Program-made: the position numbers and the translations under genes | Shown: piece by piece, positions 56,154 through 64,000 of the stretch | Position numbering within the stretch: position 1 is the stretch's first letter | How the letters are laid out: each line of letters begins with the position of its first letter | The notes under the pieces: generated by a model | The model's input: the letters and a program-made list of their open reading frames with translations, nothing else | Database searches by the model: none | Told to the model about the DNA's origin: nothing | IMG/VR virus record: IMGVR_UViG_3300030329_001359 | Location: 47,117 to 111,116 of that record | Origin: a virus | DNA length: 64,000 nucleotides | Reading direction: 5' to 3' (one strand)

Positions 56154-56833
56154 TATTGGATACCTAATGGATTAGTCATTCCATATTCACCTAGAATTTC
56201 ATCTCCATATTCATAATTAATAGATTTTTTTTCTTTATTAGCAAGTAGTTCTTGATACTTAGCTACTCTTTCACTAGCTGGTTTACCTTTCATTTCAGGG
56301 TATTCTGCATATAATTCTTGATTAGCTTCTAATGTCAGTCCAGAGCCTTGCCTCCATTCTTCATACAAGCTTGGTTTATTTTCATTAGCTAAGTCTATTG
56401 TAGGTGTTGTTTCTGCTGTTTTCTTAGTAGCTAATCGTTTTTTCTCTTTTGCAATACGGTCTCTTTCTTCATCTGATATAATATTAGTTTTTACTAATTC
56501 ATCATCTTGCTCTTGAGTAGAAATAATTTCATCTTCATCTTTTTCTTTTAATGTTTCATTCTCATCTTTTGCTTCTTGAGGACTTTTTTTACCAAAGAAC
56601 TCATCAAACCTTTCTTGTTCTTTTTGTTCTTGCTTATAATCCTGAACTAATCCAATGGCTTCTGTTATAGCAGCTGTAGTATCGCGAAGCTGTTCACTTT
56701 TAAAATCACTTATCATAGACTCAGCAGTACGTTCTCCTTCTATCCCTGTTAAAGCTGCTAATGTACCTTTATATTTACCTTCAGCTGCCCCAGCTGCTTT
56801 AAATGTTCCATATAAACTAGATTTCGTTGCCAT
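56153..56833 (-). CDS. probable ejection protein
   Basis: Ala/Gly-rich N-terminus, first gene of ejection cluster. Confidence 0.55.
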   Translation of the reverse strand: MATKSSLYGTFKAAGAAEGKYKGTLAALTGIEGERTAESMISDFKSEQLRDTTAAITEAIGLVQDYKQEQKEQERFDEFFGKKSPQEAKDENETLKEKDEDEIISTQEQDDELVKTNIISDEERDRIAKEKKRLATKKTAETTPTIDLANENKPSLYEEWRQGSGLTLEANQELYAEYPEMKGKPASERVAKYQELLANKEKKSINYEYGDEILGEYGMTNPLGIQ

Positions 56834-56860
56834 TACATTACCTTAGAGTTATACATTGAT

Positions 56861-56889
56861 AATTTAATATTTATCATAGTATTATTCAA
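56861..56889 (-). promoter_or_regulatory. sigma70-like promoter upstream of ejection cluster
   Basis: TTGAAT-N17-TAAATT on the minus strand. Confidence 0.45.
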
Positions 56890-56894
56890 AACCT

Positions 56895-57299
56895 TCATTG
56901 AGACAAGCTATCCTTTTTAATAAGTCCTTGTTCTCTAAGAACATCTATGATTCTATTAACCCTGTGAGCTAAAGACGCTACAGCTAATTCAAATTCTGCA
57001 GATGTAGGTACTTTAGTTGAAACAGAAGCATTATTAGCAACCCCAACTGTATTTGGAATTGTATTAGCTGAATTTACACCAGTATTATCAACTACCTTAA
57101 CAATAGGGCCTGAAGGTGTAAGTCTTCTTTCGTTAACAGAGCCATTTACTTTAATGAATTCAGTTAGTCCAGCCCCACCAACATCTCTTATTTCACTAAC
57201 ACCTTCTTTTAAATCAGTATGTTTTACCCTACCTTTTCTAAAGCTAGTTCTTTCTTGCTTCTTATGTAGCGAAAGCCTTTCTTGTCTTGTCATTGCCAT
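56895..57299 (-). CDS. virion-associated hypothetical protein
   Basis: C-terminal VNRIIDVLREQGLI resembles head-fibre trimerisation motif. TAATG coupled. Confidence 0.6.
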   Translation of the reverse strand: MAMTRQERLSLHKKQERTSFRKGRVKHTDLKEGVSEIRDVGGAGLTEFIKVNGSVNERRLTPSGPIVKVVDNTGVNSANTIPNTVGVANNASVSTKVPTSAEFELAVASLAHRVNRIIDVLREQGLIKKDSLSQ

Positions 57300-60085
57300 T
57301 ATTTAATATTCTTTAATCTATATATTATTGTCATATCATTTATTTCAAAATCTGAAGATGCTGTACCACCTAATCTTAATTGGAAACTATATACATTATT
57401 AATAGAAGATACTGGTCTTAATTCTGCTAATACCCAATCATCAACACCAACACTAATATTATAAAATGGTGTAGAAGAGTCAGTTGCTTTAGTACTAGAC
57501 CCATCTGCGGCTATTTTGTAAAAATTAGATAAAGTATCATTGTCTCCATTAATAGCATATTGAGCTGTAACACCAGAACCATTTCCTTTATATGATATAT
57601 AAACCTTATATATCTTTTTTCGTTGGCCTGGTTGACCAAAATCATAATCTTTAGTATGTAATTTATAAGTACCTGAGCCAGAAGCATCAGCTGCGTCATC
57701 CCAATAAACAAGACTGTTAGTTGTAAAAGGATACACTTGTTGAGATACAGTTAATCTATTATCTCTATCTATTACAAAATTGGTTTGTTTAGCATGGTCT
57801 GATAATTTAGAGTCACCTTTTGTCCAACTTAATGTAACTAAATCTAGTAAGTATATATCTCCAGGCCATGCACTTGCTATCGACCCAAAAGCTGTATTAC
57901 CAAGTACAATTAATTGTCTTTTGTCAGGTAAATATCCAACAGAAGGTTTTGGTCCTATAAAAGATGCCCAATTCAATTCATTAATAATTTGTCTTCCACC
58001 TTTCTCAAGTAAGTCTGTTACTTTTTGACCGTCATATAAGTACGCTCCATTTTCATTAACCCAAGCAATTCCATAATCAGTCTTAACAGTAGCTGAAGGA
58101 TGAGCAACTCCTTTATGCATGAATGTATCTTCTAAGAATTCTAAGTTTTGAGATACGTTTATCAAATGCATTTTCTTCTTTTTAAACTGAAGTATTCTAT
58201 CTGCGTATTCTTCAAGCTTTATTATTTCATCGCCATCTTGAACAGATGCTTCAATAATTCTACTTAATGGGAAATTATCAAACTGGTTTACAGGTGATTT
58301 TAACATAGCGTCACCTTTTATTTCTTTAGATTGAACACCATGAGAAGAAGACCCTTCATAAAGTACTTGTATATTACCTATATATACCATTCTATTTACA
58401 ACAACAGCAGTCTTATATTTAGATGTTATACTTAATTCTTCTTCTTCAAAACCACTATTTATTTGATATGTTGATATCTTTGAAGGTGAAACATTATCAG
58501 CAGGAGGTATTTCCCAAAAATAATAATTTTCATTACTTTGAGTTTGATAAGATGCATTATATTTCTGCTGATTACCATCAAGTGTAGCAACTCCAGTTAC
58601 CAAATCAAACTTAGCTTGTAGATACCAAGGCTCAACTGTAGTAGTGACATCTTTCATATATAGATTGATACCGGTAACTCTTTTATTATACCCATTATCC
58701 ATTCCTATGTGAAGTCTATACCCTGGTGAAGTAGCTGCATTAGTACTTGAAGCTGTTAAAGTTGTAGTAGAAACATTATTATATTCACCTAATGTCCTTA
58801 TTTGACTTTCTTGTTTTTCATCATATATATGAGATATTCCAAACATATACTTACCAGCTGTGCTACCATCTGACCACAATGCACCATCTCCATCATCCCA
58901 ATCTAAATAAAGAAAAGCATTATTAGGATTTAAGTATGCTGATAAATCAGGTATAGTTGTAACTTCTGTAACCTCTATATTTGTAAATATGATTGCACTT
59001 TTATTTATATTCGGATTCGTTTCTTCTATTTCACATATAAGATACTCATTTGTATCAGTACCAGAATCTCCCCAAACTTGATTTGTTAATGTATTAGCAC
59101 TATTAAAATAAAAAGTATGGTCAAATGTATAAGTTCCAGGCCCATATTCCCCATCAACTACCCAATTAGAAACTCTATCATATCCATTTGCATGAGCTCC
59201 AGCCTGGTCCCATATAACAGTTGAATCTATAGCTCCATAACCAGCATTTTCTGTACCACTCGCATTTGCAACATGAGCAGCTGTACCACATCTCATTTTA
59301 ACTTTTCTAACTCTAGGAGAATCACCTGACGCTATAAGCATCTGAAAAGAAACCTTAGCTTTCCCAACATTAGCTAAAGCTCCTCCAGTTCCACTAGCTA
59401 ATACAGCTCTTGTTATACCAATCTGATATACGTCTGGGACAGCTGCTGCGGCTTGAGTATTAGTATCTCCATATAATGTTGAAAAATCAGTACCATTTCT
59501 ATAATAAGACGTTGGAGGTCTTTCACATTTAGAGCCAGCTAAATGCCATTCGTTAATAGTTAAAGGTTGACTTATATTCTTAAATAGAGTTCTATATATA
59601 TACCCATACCATTTATTAGCATTGGTATCACCAAAATTACCATCACTAACTCTTAATACACCATCTACAATATAAAACACAGGTCTCATATTTGTAGTAT
59701 CACCAAGACTAAATACAGGTTTCCAAAGATCTGTATCGAAATTATATATATAGACAGTTGTAGTAATATCGCAGTCAGCCATTACAAGATAATCTGTATT
59801 ACTTTGAGCCCCCAAAAAACCTGGGCCTTGCTCAGCTCCATTTCTATCATGACTAAATGCAAATAATCCAAATCCAGAACTATTTCTAATTCCATTTGGT
59901 ACAAAACCATCATCTGCTGTAGCAGCAGGATGAGCAACTGTACCTCCCATGTTTCTTATTTTACCTATATCATGTACAACAGCATCTTGTATATCAGATA
60001 GTTCTGTAGTCGATATATCTCTAGCATCGGAAGCATCACTTAGTCCCCCATGAAATTCTTGTATAGGTTGTATCTGCTTAGGCAT
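57299..60085 (-). CDS. tail tubular/nozzle (stabilisation) protein, intact copy B
   Basis: FHGGL N-terminus, beta-propeller-like repeats, TKDYDFGQPGQRKK. Collinear with 4120..4482 plus 560..4120. Confidence 0.75.
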   Translation of the reverse strand: MPKQIQPIQEFHGGLSDASDARDISTTELSDIQDAVVHDIGKIRNMGGTVAHPAATADDGFVPNGIRNSSGFGLFAFSHDRNGAEQGPGFLGAQSNTDYLVMADCDITTTVYIYNFDTDLWKPVFSLGDTTNMRPVFYIVDGVLRVSDGNFGDTNANKWYGYIYRTLFKNISQPLTINEWHLAGSKCERPPTSYYRNGTDFSTLYGDTNTQAAAAVPDVYQIGITRAVLASGTGGALANVGKAKVSFQMLIASGDSPRVRKVKMRCGTAAHVANASGTENAGYGAIDSTVIWDQAGAHANGYDRVSNWVVDGEYGPGTYTFDHTFYFNSANTLTNQVWGDSGTDTNEYLICEIEETNPNINKSAIIFTNIEVTEVTTIPDLSAYLNPNNAFLYLDWDDGDGALWSDGSTAGKYMFGISHIYDEKQESQIRTLGEYNNVSTTTLTASSTNAATSPGYRLHIGMDNGYNKRVTGINLYMKDVTTTVEPWYLQAKFDLVTGVATLDGNQQKYNASYQTQSNENYYFWEIPPADNVSPSKISTYQINSGFEEEELSITSKYKTAVVVNRMVYIGNIQVLYEGSSSHGVQSKEIKGDAMLKSPVNQFDNFPLSRIIEASVQDGDEIIKLEEYADRILQFKKKKMHLINVSQNLEFLEDTFMHKGVAHPSATVKTDYGIAWVNENGAYLYDGQKVTDLLEKGGRQIINELNWASFIGPKPSVGYLPDKRQLIVLGNTAFGSIASAWPGDIYLLDLVTLSWTKGDSKLSDHAKQTNFVIDRDNRLTVSQQVYPFTTNSLVYWDDAADASGSGTYKLHTKDYDFGQPGQRKKIYKVYISYKGNGSGVTAQYAINGDNDTLSNFYKIAADGSSTKATDSSTPFYNISVGVDDWVLAELRPVSSINNVYSFQLRLGGTASSDFEINDMTIIYRLKNIK

Positions 60086-60332
60086 CGCCTTCTTGATACT
60101 CTATATCTTCTATAATTAATGATTGAGAATGCTCAGGTAAGTCGCATACGCAAGGTAAATCTTCATCTGGGTCATCATGCTCAAATAAATCATAACGAAG
60201 ACCTCCTTCGGCTCCGTATATAGCACCACCTTCGGTGGATTCATTTACATATCTTTCGTTCTCTTGGCTTCTATGTCCCTGTATGGAACTAATGTATTCA
60301 GATATTGTTTTCTTTTCTGGCATCCACCACAC
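60078..60332 (-). CDS. acidic hypothetical protein (start uncertain)
   Basis: C-terminal half acidic with CVC. GAAGG RBS for the next gene lies inside it. Confidence 0.45.
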   Translation of the reverse strand: MWWMPEKKTISEYISSIQGHRSQENERYVNESTEGGAIYGAEGGLRYDLFEHDDPDEDLPCVCDLPEHSQSLIIEDIEYQEGDA

Positions 60333-60430
60333 TCCTTTATTTTACCTCTTGAAACTGTTTTGATAACTCTTGATACAGTATCACCAAGTCCTTTGTCATG
60401 CCCAAAAAGGTCAAATCTATTCTTTGACAT
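60245..60430 (-). CDS. small GLGDT...CGGC protein
   Basis: KGLGDTVSRVI...ECGGCQKRKQYLN motif. Confidence 0.7.
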   Translation of the reverse strand: MSKNRFDLFGHDKGLGDTVSRVIKTVSRGKIKECGGCQKRKQYLNTLVPYRDIEAKRTKDM

Positions 60431-60449
60431 CATATTATCCTATTATTTA

Positions 60450-60731
60450 TTATTGAACTGCAGCTGATTGTTTAATGCCTTGACCAGGATTAAACCATGA
60501 CCTTGTTTGAATCACAGGTTGACCAAGTATTTCAGACATAGGATGACTTTGTTGAGACATCTGTTTTATCTTTACAATCGTTTTTAATTGTTCATTTTTA
60601 ACCATATCAGTATACAATCTTTCTAAATGACCTATTAAACGACTAACCTCAGGAATATGAACAACTAGATTCACTTTCTTTGATTGAGATGCTGCTTTAT
60701 GCTGCGATTGCATTTTTTCTGCTAATGTCAT
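60450..60731 (-). CDS. hypothetical protein
   Basis: AAGG RBS, intact ORF. Confidence 0.65.
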   Translation of the reverse strand: MTLAEKMQSQHKAASQSKKVNLVVHIPEVSRLIGHLERLYTDMVKNEQLKTIVKIKQMSQQSHPMSEILGQPVIQTRSWFNPGQGIKQSAAVQ

Positions 60732-60741
60732 AATATTACCT

Positions 60742-60966
60742 TTAGTAACTTTTACCCCATTTAGGATTTTTCCCAGGCCCTGATGTTGCTTGTTTCTTTA
60801 ATTTTTTCTTCATTCTAACATTCTTGGATTTAGCCATATCCCACATAACCTTATCTTGCTCTTCTTGAGATGTAGAAGCTGGTTTTTGACCAGGATAACA
60901 AACTTTATGGGCCTTTTCTGGGCTCATTCCTTTAGCTATCATTTTTTCAACACATGCTTTTGGCAT
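60742..60966 (-). CDS. Lys-rich protein with one Cys pair
   Basis: AGGAG RBS. CVEKMIAKGMSPEKAHKVC. Confidence 0.7.
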   Translation of the reverse strand: MPKACVEKMIAKGMSPEKAHKVCYPGQKPASTSQEEQDKVMWDMAKSKNVRMKKKLKKQATSGPGKNPKWGKSY

Positions 60967-60975
60967 AATTATCTC

Positions 60976-61215
60976 CTATTTACCTACAAGTTTAGGTTTC
61001 TTTGATTTTACAGAAACTCCAACTTTCTGACCTTTAGGAACACATCTTTTTAACTTTTTACTGTAAACCTCATTAACGTGACATTCAGCACTTTGTGTAG
61101 GTTTACCTTCTGGTGTAGCCATATTATTACTCCTATTTAAACCACCTGTCTTTAATTTACTACCTTTTCCTGTATCTTTGGAAGAAACATTTGATAGTCC
61201 AATAACATCAGCCAT
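60976..61215 (-). CDS. Lys-rich protein with one Cys pair
   Basis: CHVNEVYSKKLKRC. Confidence 0.65.
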   Translation of the reverse strand: MADVIGLSNVSSKDTGKGSKLKTGGLNRSNNMATPEGKPTQSAECHVNEVYSKKLKRCVPKGQKVGVSVKSKKPKLVGK

Positions 61216-61673
61216 TATTGACTTGCAATATAAACTTCTATATCACAGTCAGCTGTATCAGCTTTACCGACAACTTTAGTAATAGTTGAAGCGCTAAAAT
61301 TATCAATATCAGCTTGGTCATCTATGCTTGATACATCACCAAACATTAATGTCTTACCAGCTTCAAGCTTTAATTCCCAATGATGAGAAGATTCATCTGT
61401 AAACTGAATAATAATAAAATTAGTATCATCAAGATTTGTTATCCTGCAATATTCAAAATCACCTCTTACAAATGCACCAGCACCAGGGTCAGAAGCAGCA
61501 ACGTCAAATATACCCGTACCATTTGTAGAACTCTCAATTTTCATAATTCTATTAAATATTTCACCTACAGAAGCAATAGTAGTTGTTGCCTCAGAATTTC
61601 TAGCAACACCATTTAAAGTTATAGTTTCTGTTACTGATACTGTAAGAGTAGCTGCTGTTATCGTAGTAGCCAT
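61215..61673 (-). CDS. small beta-rich virion protein
   Basis: TLTVSVTETITLNG...YCRITNLDDTNFI...ADTADCDIEVYIAS. Confidence 0.7.
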   Translation of the reverse strand: MATTITAATLTVSVTETITLNGVARNSEATTTIASVGEIFNRIMKIESSTNGTGIFDVAASDPGAGAFVRGDFEYCRITNLDDTNFIIIQFTDESSHHWELKLEAGKTLMFGDVSSIDDQADIDNFSASTITKVVGKADTADCDIEVYIASQ

Positions 61674-61679
61674 TTCTTT

Positions 61680-61856
61680 TTAAACACCTAGTCTTTTTAG
61701 TAAAACGCCTTTGATTATTTTCCAAAGCGCTTCAAGTATTGCTTTTTCTGTTTTTTCACTAATTATTGGAATGTCAACAGCTTTGTTGATTTCATCAATA
61801 ATTTCATCTTTTGTTTTATCAGATAACAACTCATCTGCAATCATCTTAACTAACAT
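61680..61856 (-). CDS. hypothetical protein (homologue of 5222..5449)
   Basis: True start ATG 61856 after AAGGAG. VDIPIISEKTE. Confidence 0.75.
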   Translation of the reverse strand: MLVKMIADELLSDKTKDEIIDEINKAVDIPIISEKTEKAILEALWKIIKGVLLKRLGV

Positions 61857-62002
61857 TATAACTCCTTCATTTTCTTTGATTTTAATATTAGGTAATAAAT
61901 GTTTATCGCAAACATAATACACATTAGTATACCAGATATTATATCTGTATAATAAACTAAACCTAAACTTGTACTAATTCCACTAACTTTTAAACTATCC
62001 AT
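61856..62002 (-). CDS. 48-aa holin-like membrane protein (not in ORF track)
   Basis: MDSLKVSGISTSLGLVYYTDIISGILMCIMFAINIYYLILKSKKMKEL, hydrophobic with basic C-tail, TAATG coupled. Confidence 0.6.
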   Translation of the reverse strand: MDSLKVSGISTSLGLVYYTDIISGILMCIMFAINIYYLILKSKKMKEL

Positions 62003-62004
62003 TA

Positions 62005-62250
62005 TTAGTTTCTTCTCTTTTTATTCCGCTGCACCATCTCATCATACCTTTTCCTTGATTCATCTTTCTTTTTCCATCGTTCTTTGCTTTTTCGATTTCT
62101 AATTTCACGTTGCTCTCTTATACTTGTTCCACGCCTTTGACTTCCTCTTATCTTTTCATAAGGAGTATCTGAATCAACACATTTTTTCAATTTTTGACTA
62201 TATACTTGTCCTGTCGGGCATCCAGCTTTTTTACCTTTTTTTTGTGACAT
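62005..62250 (-). CDS. Lys/Arg-rich protein with one Cys pair
   Basis: GAGG RBS. CPTGQVYSQKLKKC. Confidence 0.7.
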   Translation of the reverse strand: MSQKKGKKAGCPTGQVYSQKLKKCVDSDTPYEKIRGSQRRGTSIREQREIRNRKSKERWKKKDESRKRYDEMVQRNKKRRN

Positions 62251-62259
62251 ATTTAACCT

Positions 62260-62577
62260 CTAACTTCTTCCATTTATACGGCTCATTGAACCTTTTAATT
62301 CTGATACTTGATTATCCAGGTCGTTGATTTCTTTAGTAATAGCATCAAACTTTCTATCTAATTTATCATCTGATTGATTCCATCTATTAATTAATTTAAT
62401 AACCATACCTTCCATATTCTCTAGAGTTTCACTTTGACCTTTATTCTCAACTTTTAAATTCTCTAATATATCTTGCTGTTTAGCTGCTTTATTAGACATT
62501 TGCACTACCAAATATACAAACATAGCTCCAACCACACCAATCATTCCTGCTTCGCCATATAATTCCATGAAATCCAT
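62260..62577 (-). CDS. TM plus coiled-coil protein, copy B
   Basis: Near-identical to 5829..6146. Confidence 0.75.
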   Translation of the reverse strand: MDFMELYGEAGMIGVVGAMFVYLVVQMSNKAAKQQDILENLKVENKGQSETLENMEGMVIKLINRWNQSDDKLDRKFDAITKEINDLDNQVSELKGSMSRINGRS

Positions 62578-62873
62578 TATTTCTTCTTTTTACCTAATGC
62601 TTTTTCGTACCATTTTAATTCTTCTTCCATTTCAGCAAATCTTTCTTGCTCTTCTACTATGTGTTTTTCAACAAGCTCTGTAATTGTATGATTAGCGTCT
62701 GACATTTTTCTTTCTAATTCTGCAATTCTTTGAATAACTGAATAATATGAGTACACAAGACCTGCGATAACAACCGCTGACTGAAGTAACCATTTAATGT
62801 TAATTGATATAATGGCGTTATCATCAACGACTGTACCTCTATAGCTTCGTGCAGTTTCTGGTTTACCACTCAC
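62577..62873 (-). CDS. TM plus coiled-coil protein, copy B
   Basis: Near-identical to 6257..6565. GGAGG RBS, GTG start. Confidence 0.75.
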   Translation of the reverse strand: MSGKPETARSYRGTVVDDNAIISINIKWLLQSAVVIAGLVYSYYSVIQRIAELERKMSDANHTITELVEKHIVEEQERFAEMEEELKWYEKALGKKKK

Positions 62874-62965
62874 TTAACCTCCCAGCCACAGACTGACCAT
62901 CCAGAATCACACCCTGTCAATATAAATATAATTAACAGTAATATTATAAGATGTTGATATTTCAT
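62870..62965 (-). CDS. 31-aa mini-lipoprotein (not in ORF track)
   Basis: MKYQHLIILLLIIFILTG-CDSGWSVCGWEVK: n-region, h-region and LTGC lipobox. GTGA overlap with the next gene. Confidence 0.7.
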   Translation of the reverse strand: MKYQHLIILLLIIFILTGCDSGWSVCGWEVK

Positions 62966-62986
62966 AATCTATTTCATTTGTTATTA

Positions 62987-63277
62987 TCATAGAACCATCC
63001 ACCATGCTATTGCAGTTTCAACGAATAAATCTGAAGCTGTGTTGTAGGCCCAATTCTTTTTAGAACCATAGGGCCTCCAATCTTCAATTATCCATTCAAA
63101 GACCTCCCACAATACTCCAATGATAAATACCGCAAATACACACCAGAAATCACTCCAATTTAACCATTGAAATATCTTACATAAAAATGCACCAGCAGCT
63201 AAGTGATAAGAGGTCCAACTATCTAACTGACCTGTTCTTTGTTGCCATGCTACTAATTTTGCTATAGGATTATCCAT
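62987..63277 (-). CDS. multi-pass membrane protein, copy B
   Basis: Near-identical to 6562..6852. Confidence 0.75.
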   Translation of the reverse strand: MDNPIAKLVAWQQRTGQLDSWTSYHLAAGAFLCKIFQWLNWSDFWCVFAVFIIGVLWEVFEWIIEDWRPYGSKKNWAYNTASDLFVETAIAWWMVL

Positions 63278-63278
63278 A

Positions 63279-63728
63279 TTAAACCTTTAGATGTTTAGAT
63301 ACTTCTGTATTACCACTCATTTGTGGAACTATTCTTGATAATAATTCCGATTTAGTTTCACTAGAGACATAAGAGATTCCTCGTTTATCATAAAAATCTT
63401 TTATTTCTGCTTTTGTATTTGTATCAGTAGGATAATCTGCTTGACTTGTAGCGACACCATTAATTAAATGATGACTTCCTACTATCAATCTACCATGCCC
63501 ATCACCATGCTTTTTTGCACATTCTGACACATAAAATTCTTCAGCAACTTTAAAGCTATTGCTTTTCTTTGCTACAGTTCCATCTACATCTACAAAATAA
63601 TCATAAGACGAAGGGTAAGCCAGAGTCTCTTTAGTTCCATCTGGATATGTCTTTACACGGGTTGCACCGGGGGTTGTATTTTTATGGAGCCTTACTCGAT
63701 GACCCTGACTACACCTTCTTGCAATCAT
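63279..63728 (-). CDS. HeH/LEM-like domain protein, copy B
   Basis: Near-identical to 7276..7725. Confidence 0.75.
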   Translation of the reverse strand: MIARRCSQGHRVRLHKNTTPGATRVKTYPDGTKETLAYPSSYDYFVDVDGTVAKKSNSFKVAEEFYVSECAKKHGDGHGRLIVGSHHLINGVATSQADYPTDTNTKAEIKDFYDKRGISYVSSETKSELLSRIVPQMSGNTEVSKHLKV

Positions 63729-64000
63729 GATTCTGCTTCAACCTCTTCAGATTTAGGTTCTAAGGCTTTCTTAAGCTCTGCTAAACCTTTTTGAAACTTC
63801 TCTACAAATACCTTTTCACATTCAACTAATTGTTGTCTCATGAAAGCATTTGTATTGAGCTTGTTTTGTACATCCCTTACATGGTCTTGGTTTAATGCAA
63901 CTTGACCTGCAAGTTCTTTTTGTGAATCAGTCATATCCTCGATGATGTATTCTTCTCCATCAAGATTCAAGACTGGCTTTTCTTTTTGTTCTTTAGCCAT
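63725..64000 (-). CDS. tail fibre-associated coiled-coil protein, copy B
   Basis: Near-identical to 7722..7991. Confidence 0.75.
   Translation of the reverse strand: MAKEQKEKPVLNLDGEEYIIEDMTDSQKELAGQVALNQDHVRDVQNKLNTNAFMRQQLVECEKVFVEKFQKGLAELKKALEPKSEEVEAES

Larger units (their letters stand above)
62260..64000. repeat. diverged direct repeat, copy B (partner 5829..7991)
   Basis: As above, with gene-sized indels between the copies. Confidence 0.95.

Noticed and set aside
1148-62327. Numerous antisense ORFs in the track (e.g. 1148..1477, 40401..40949, 51885..52532, 53721..54203)
   Set aside because: They lie wholly opposite long well-supported genes, lack RBSs and have shadow-ORF composition.
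62870-62990. Frameshifted or phase-variable lipoprotein
   Set aside because: Careful re-reading shows the signal peptide and lipobox are in one intact frame from ATG 62965.
1-64000. Stop-codon reassignment as seen in some crAss-like phages
   Set aside because: Standard code gives dense, full-length genes. TAA, TAG and TGA all end genes at sensible positions, and no suppressor tRNA was seen.

Overview
AT-rich (roughly one-third GC by eye) tailed dsDNA phage sequence with podovirus-like architecture. I found no cellular genes, tRNAs, CRISPR array, integrase, DNA polymerase or primase. A minus-strand late operon starts near 28.0 kb: terS, thermonuclease, terL, M15 endolysin, portal, scaffold, SU10/DUF5309-type major capsid, decoration and adaptor proteins, a 1542-aa tail fibre, a membrane/lysis cluster and a tail tubular protein. 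A plus-strand early/replication arm runs 28.3-42.4 kb: Cas4-like nuclease, Sak/Rad52, SSB-like, DUF932, Dam-family MTase, Zn-ribbon metallophosphoesterase, DnaB and RuvC-like. A second minus-strand block (42.5-64 kb) holds the internal virion/ejection proteins. The main finding is that the 2993-aa internal protein carries RxP...DFDID motifs of a single-chain two-barrel RNA polymerase of the crAss-like virion type. It sits in a ~56-kb genome with strong Shine-Dalgarno sites, and the early region is packed with DNA/RNA hairpins. The two ends of the window carry diverged copies of the same tail/lysis module at an offset of ~56.0 kb. The window is therefore one complete circular-permuted genome unit (~7992-64000) plus an alternative version of that module, either an assembly chimera or a tandem of relatives. 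Other signals are strong GATC depletion, seven Lys-rich micro-proteins each with exactly one Cys pair, two structural genes split at TAATG junctions, a perfect homopyrimidine mirror repeat beside a TA tract at the strand switch, and an unannotated 31-aa lipoprotein. All family assignments come from motif recognition by eye, not database searches.
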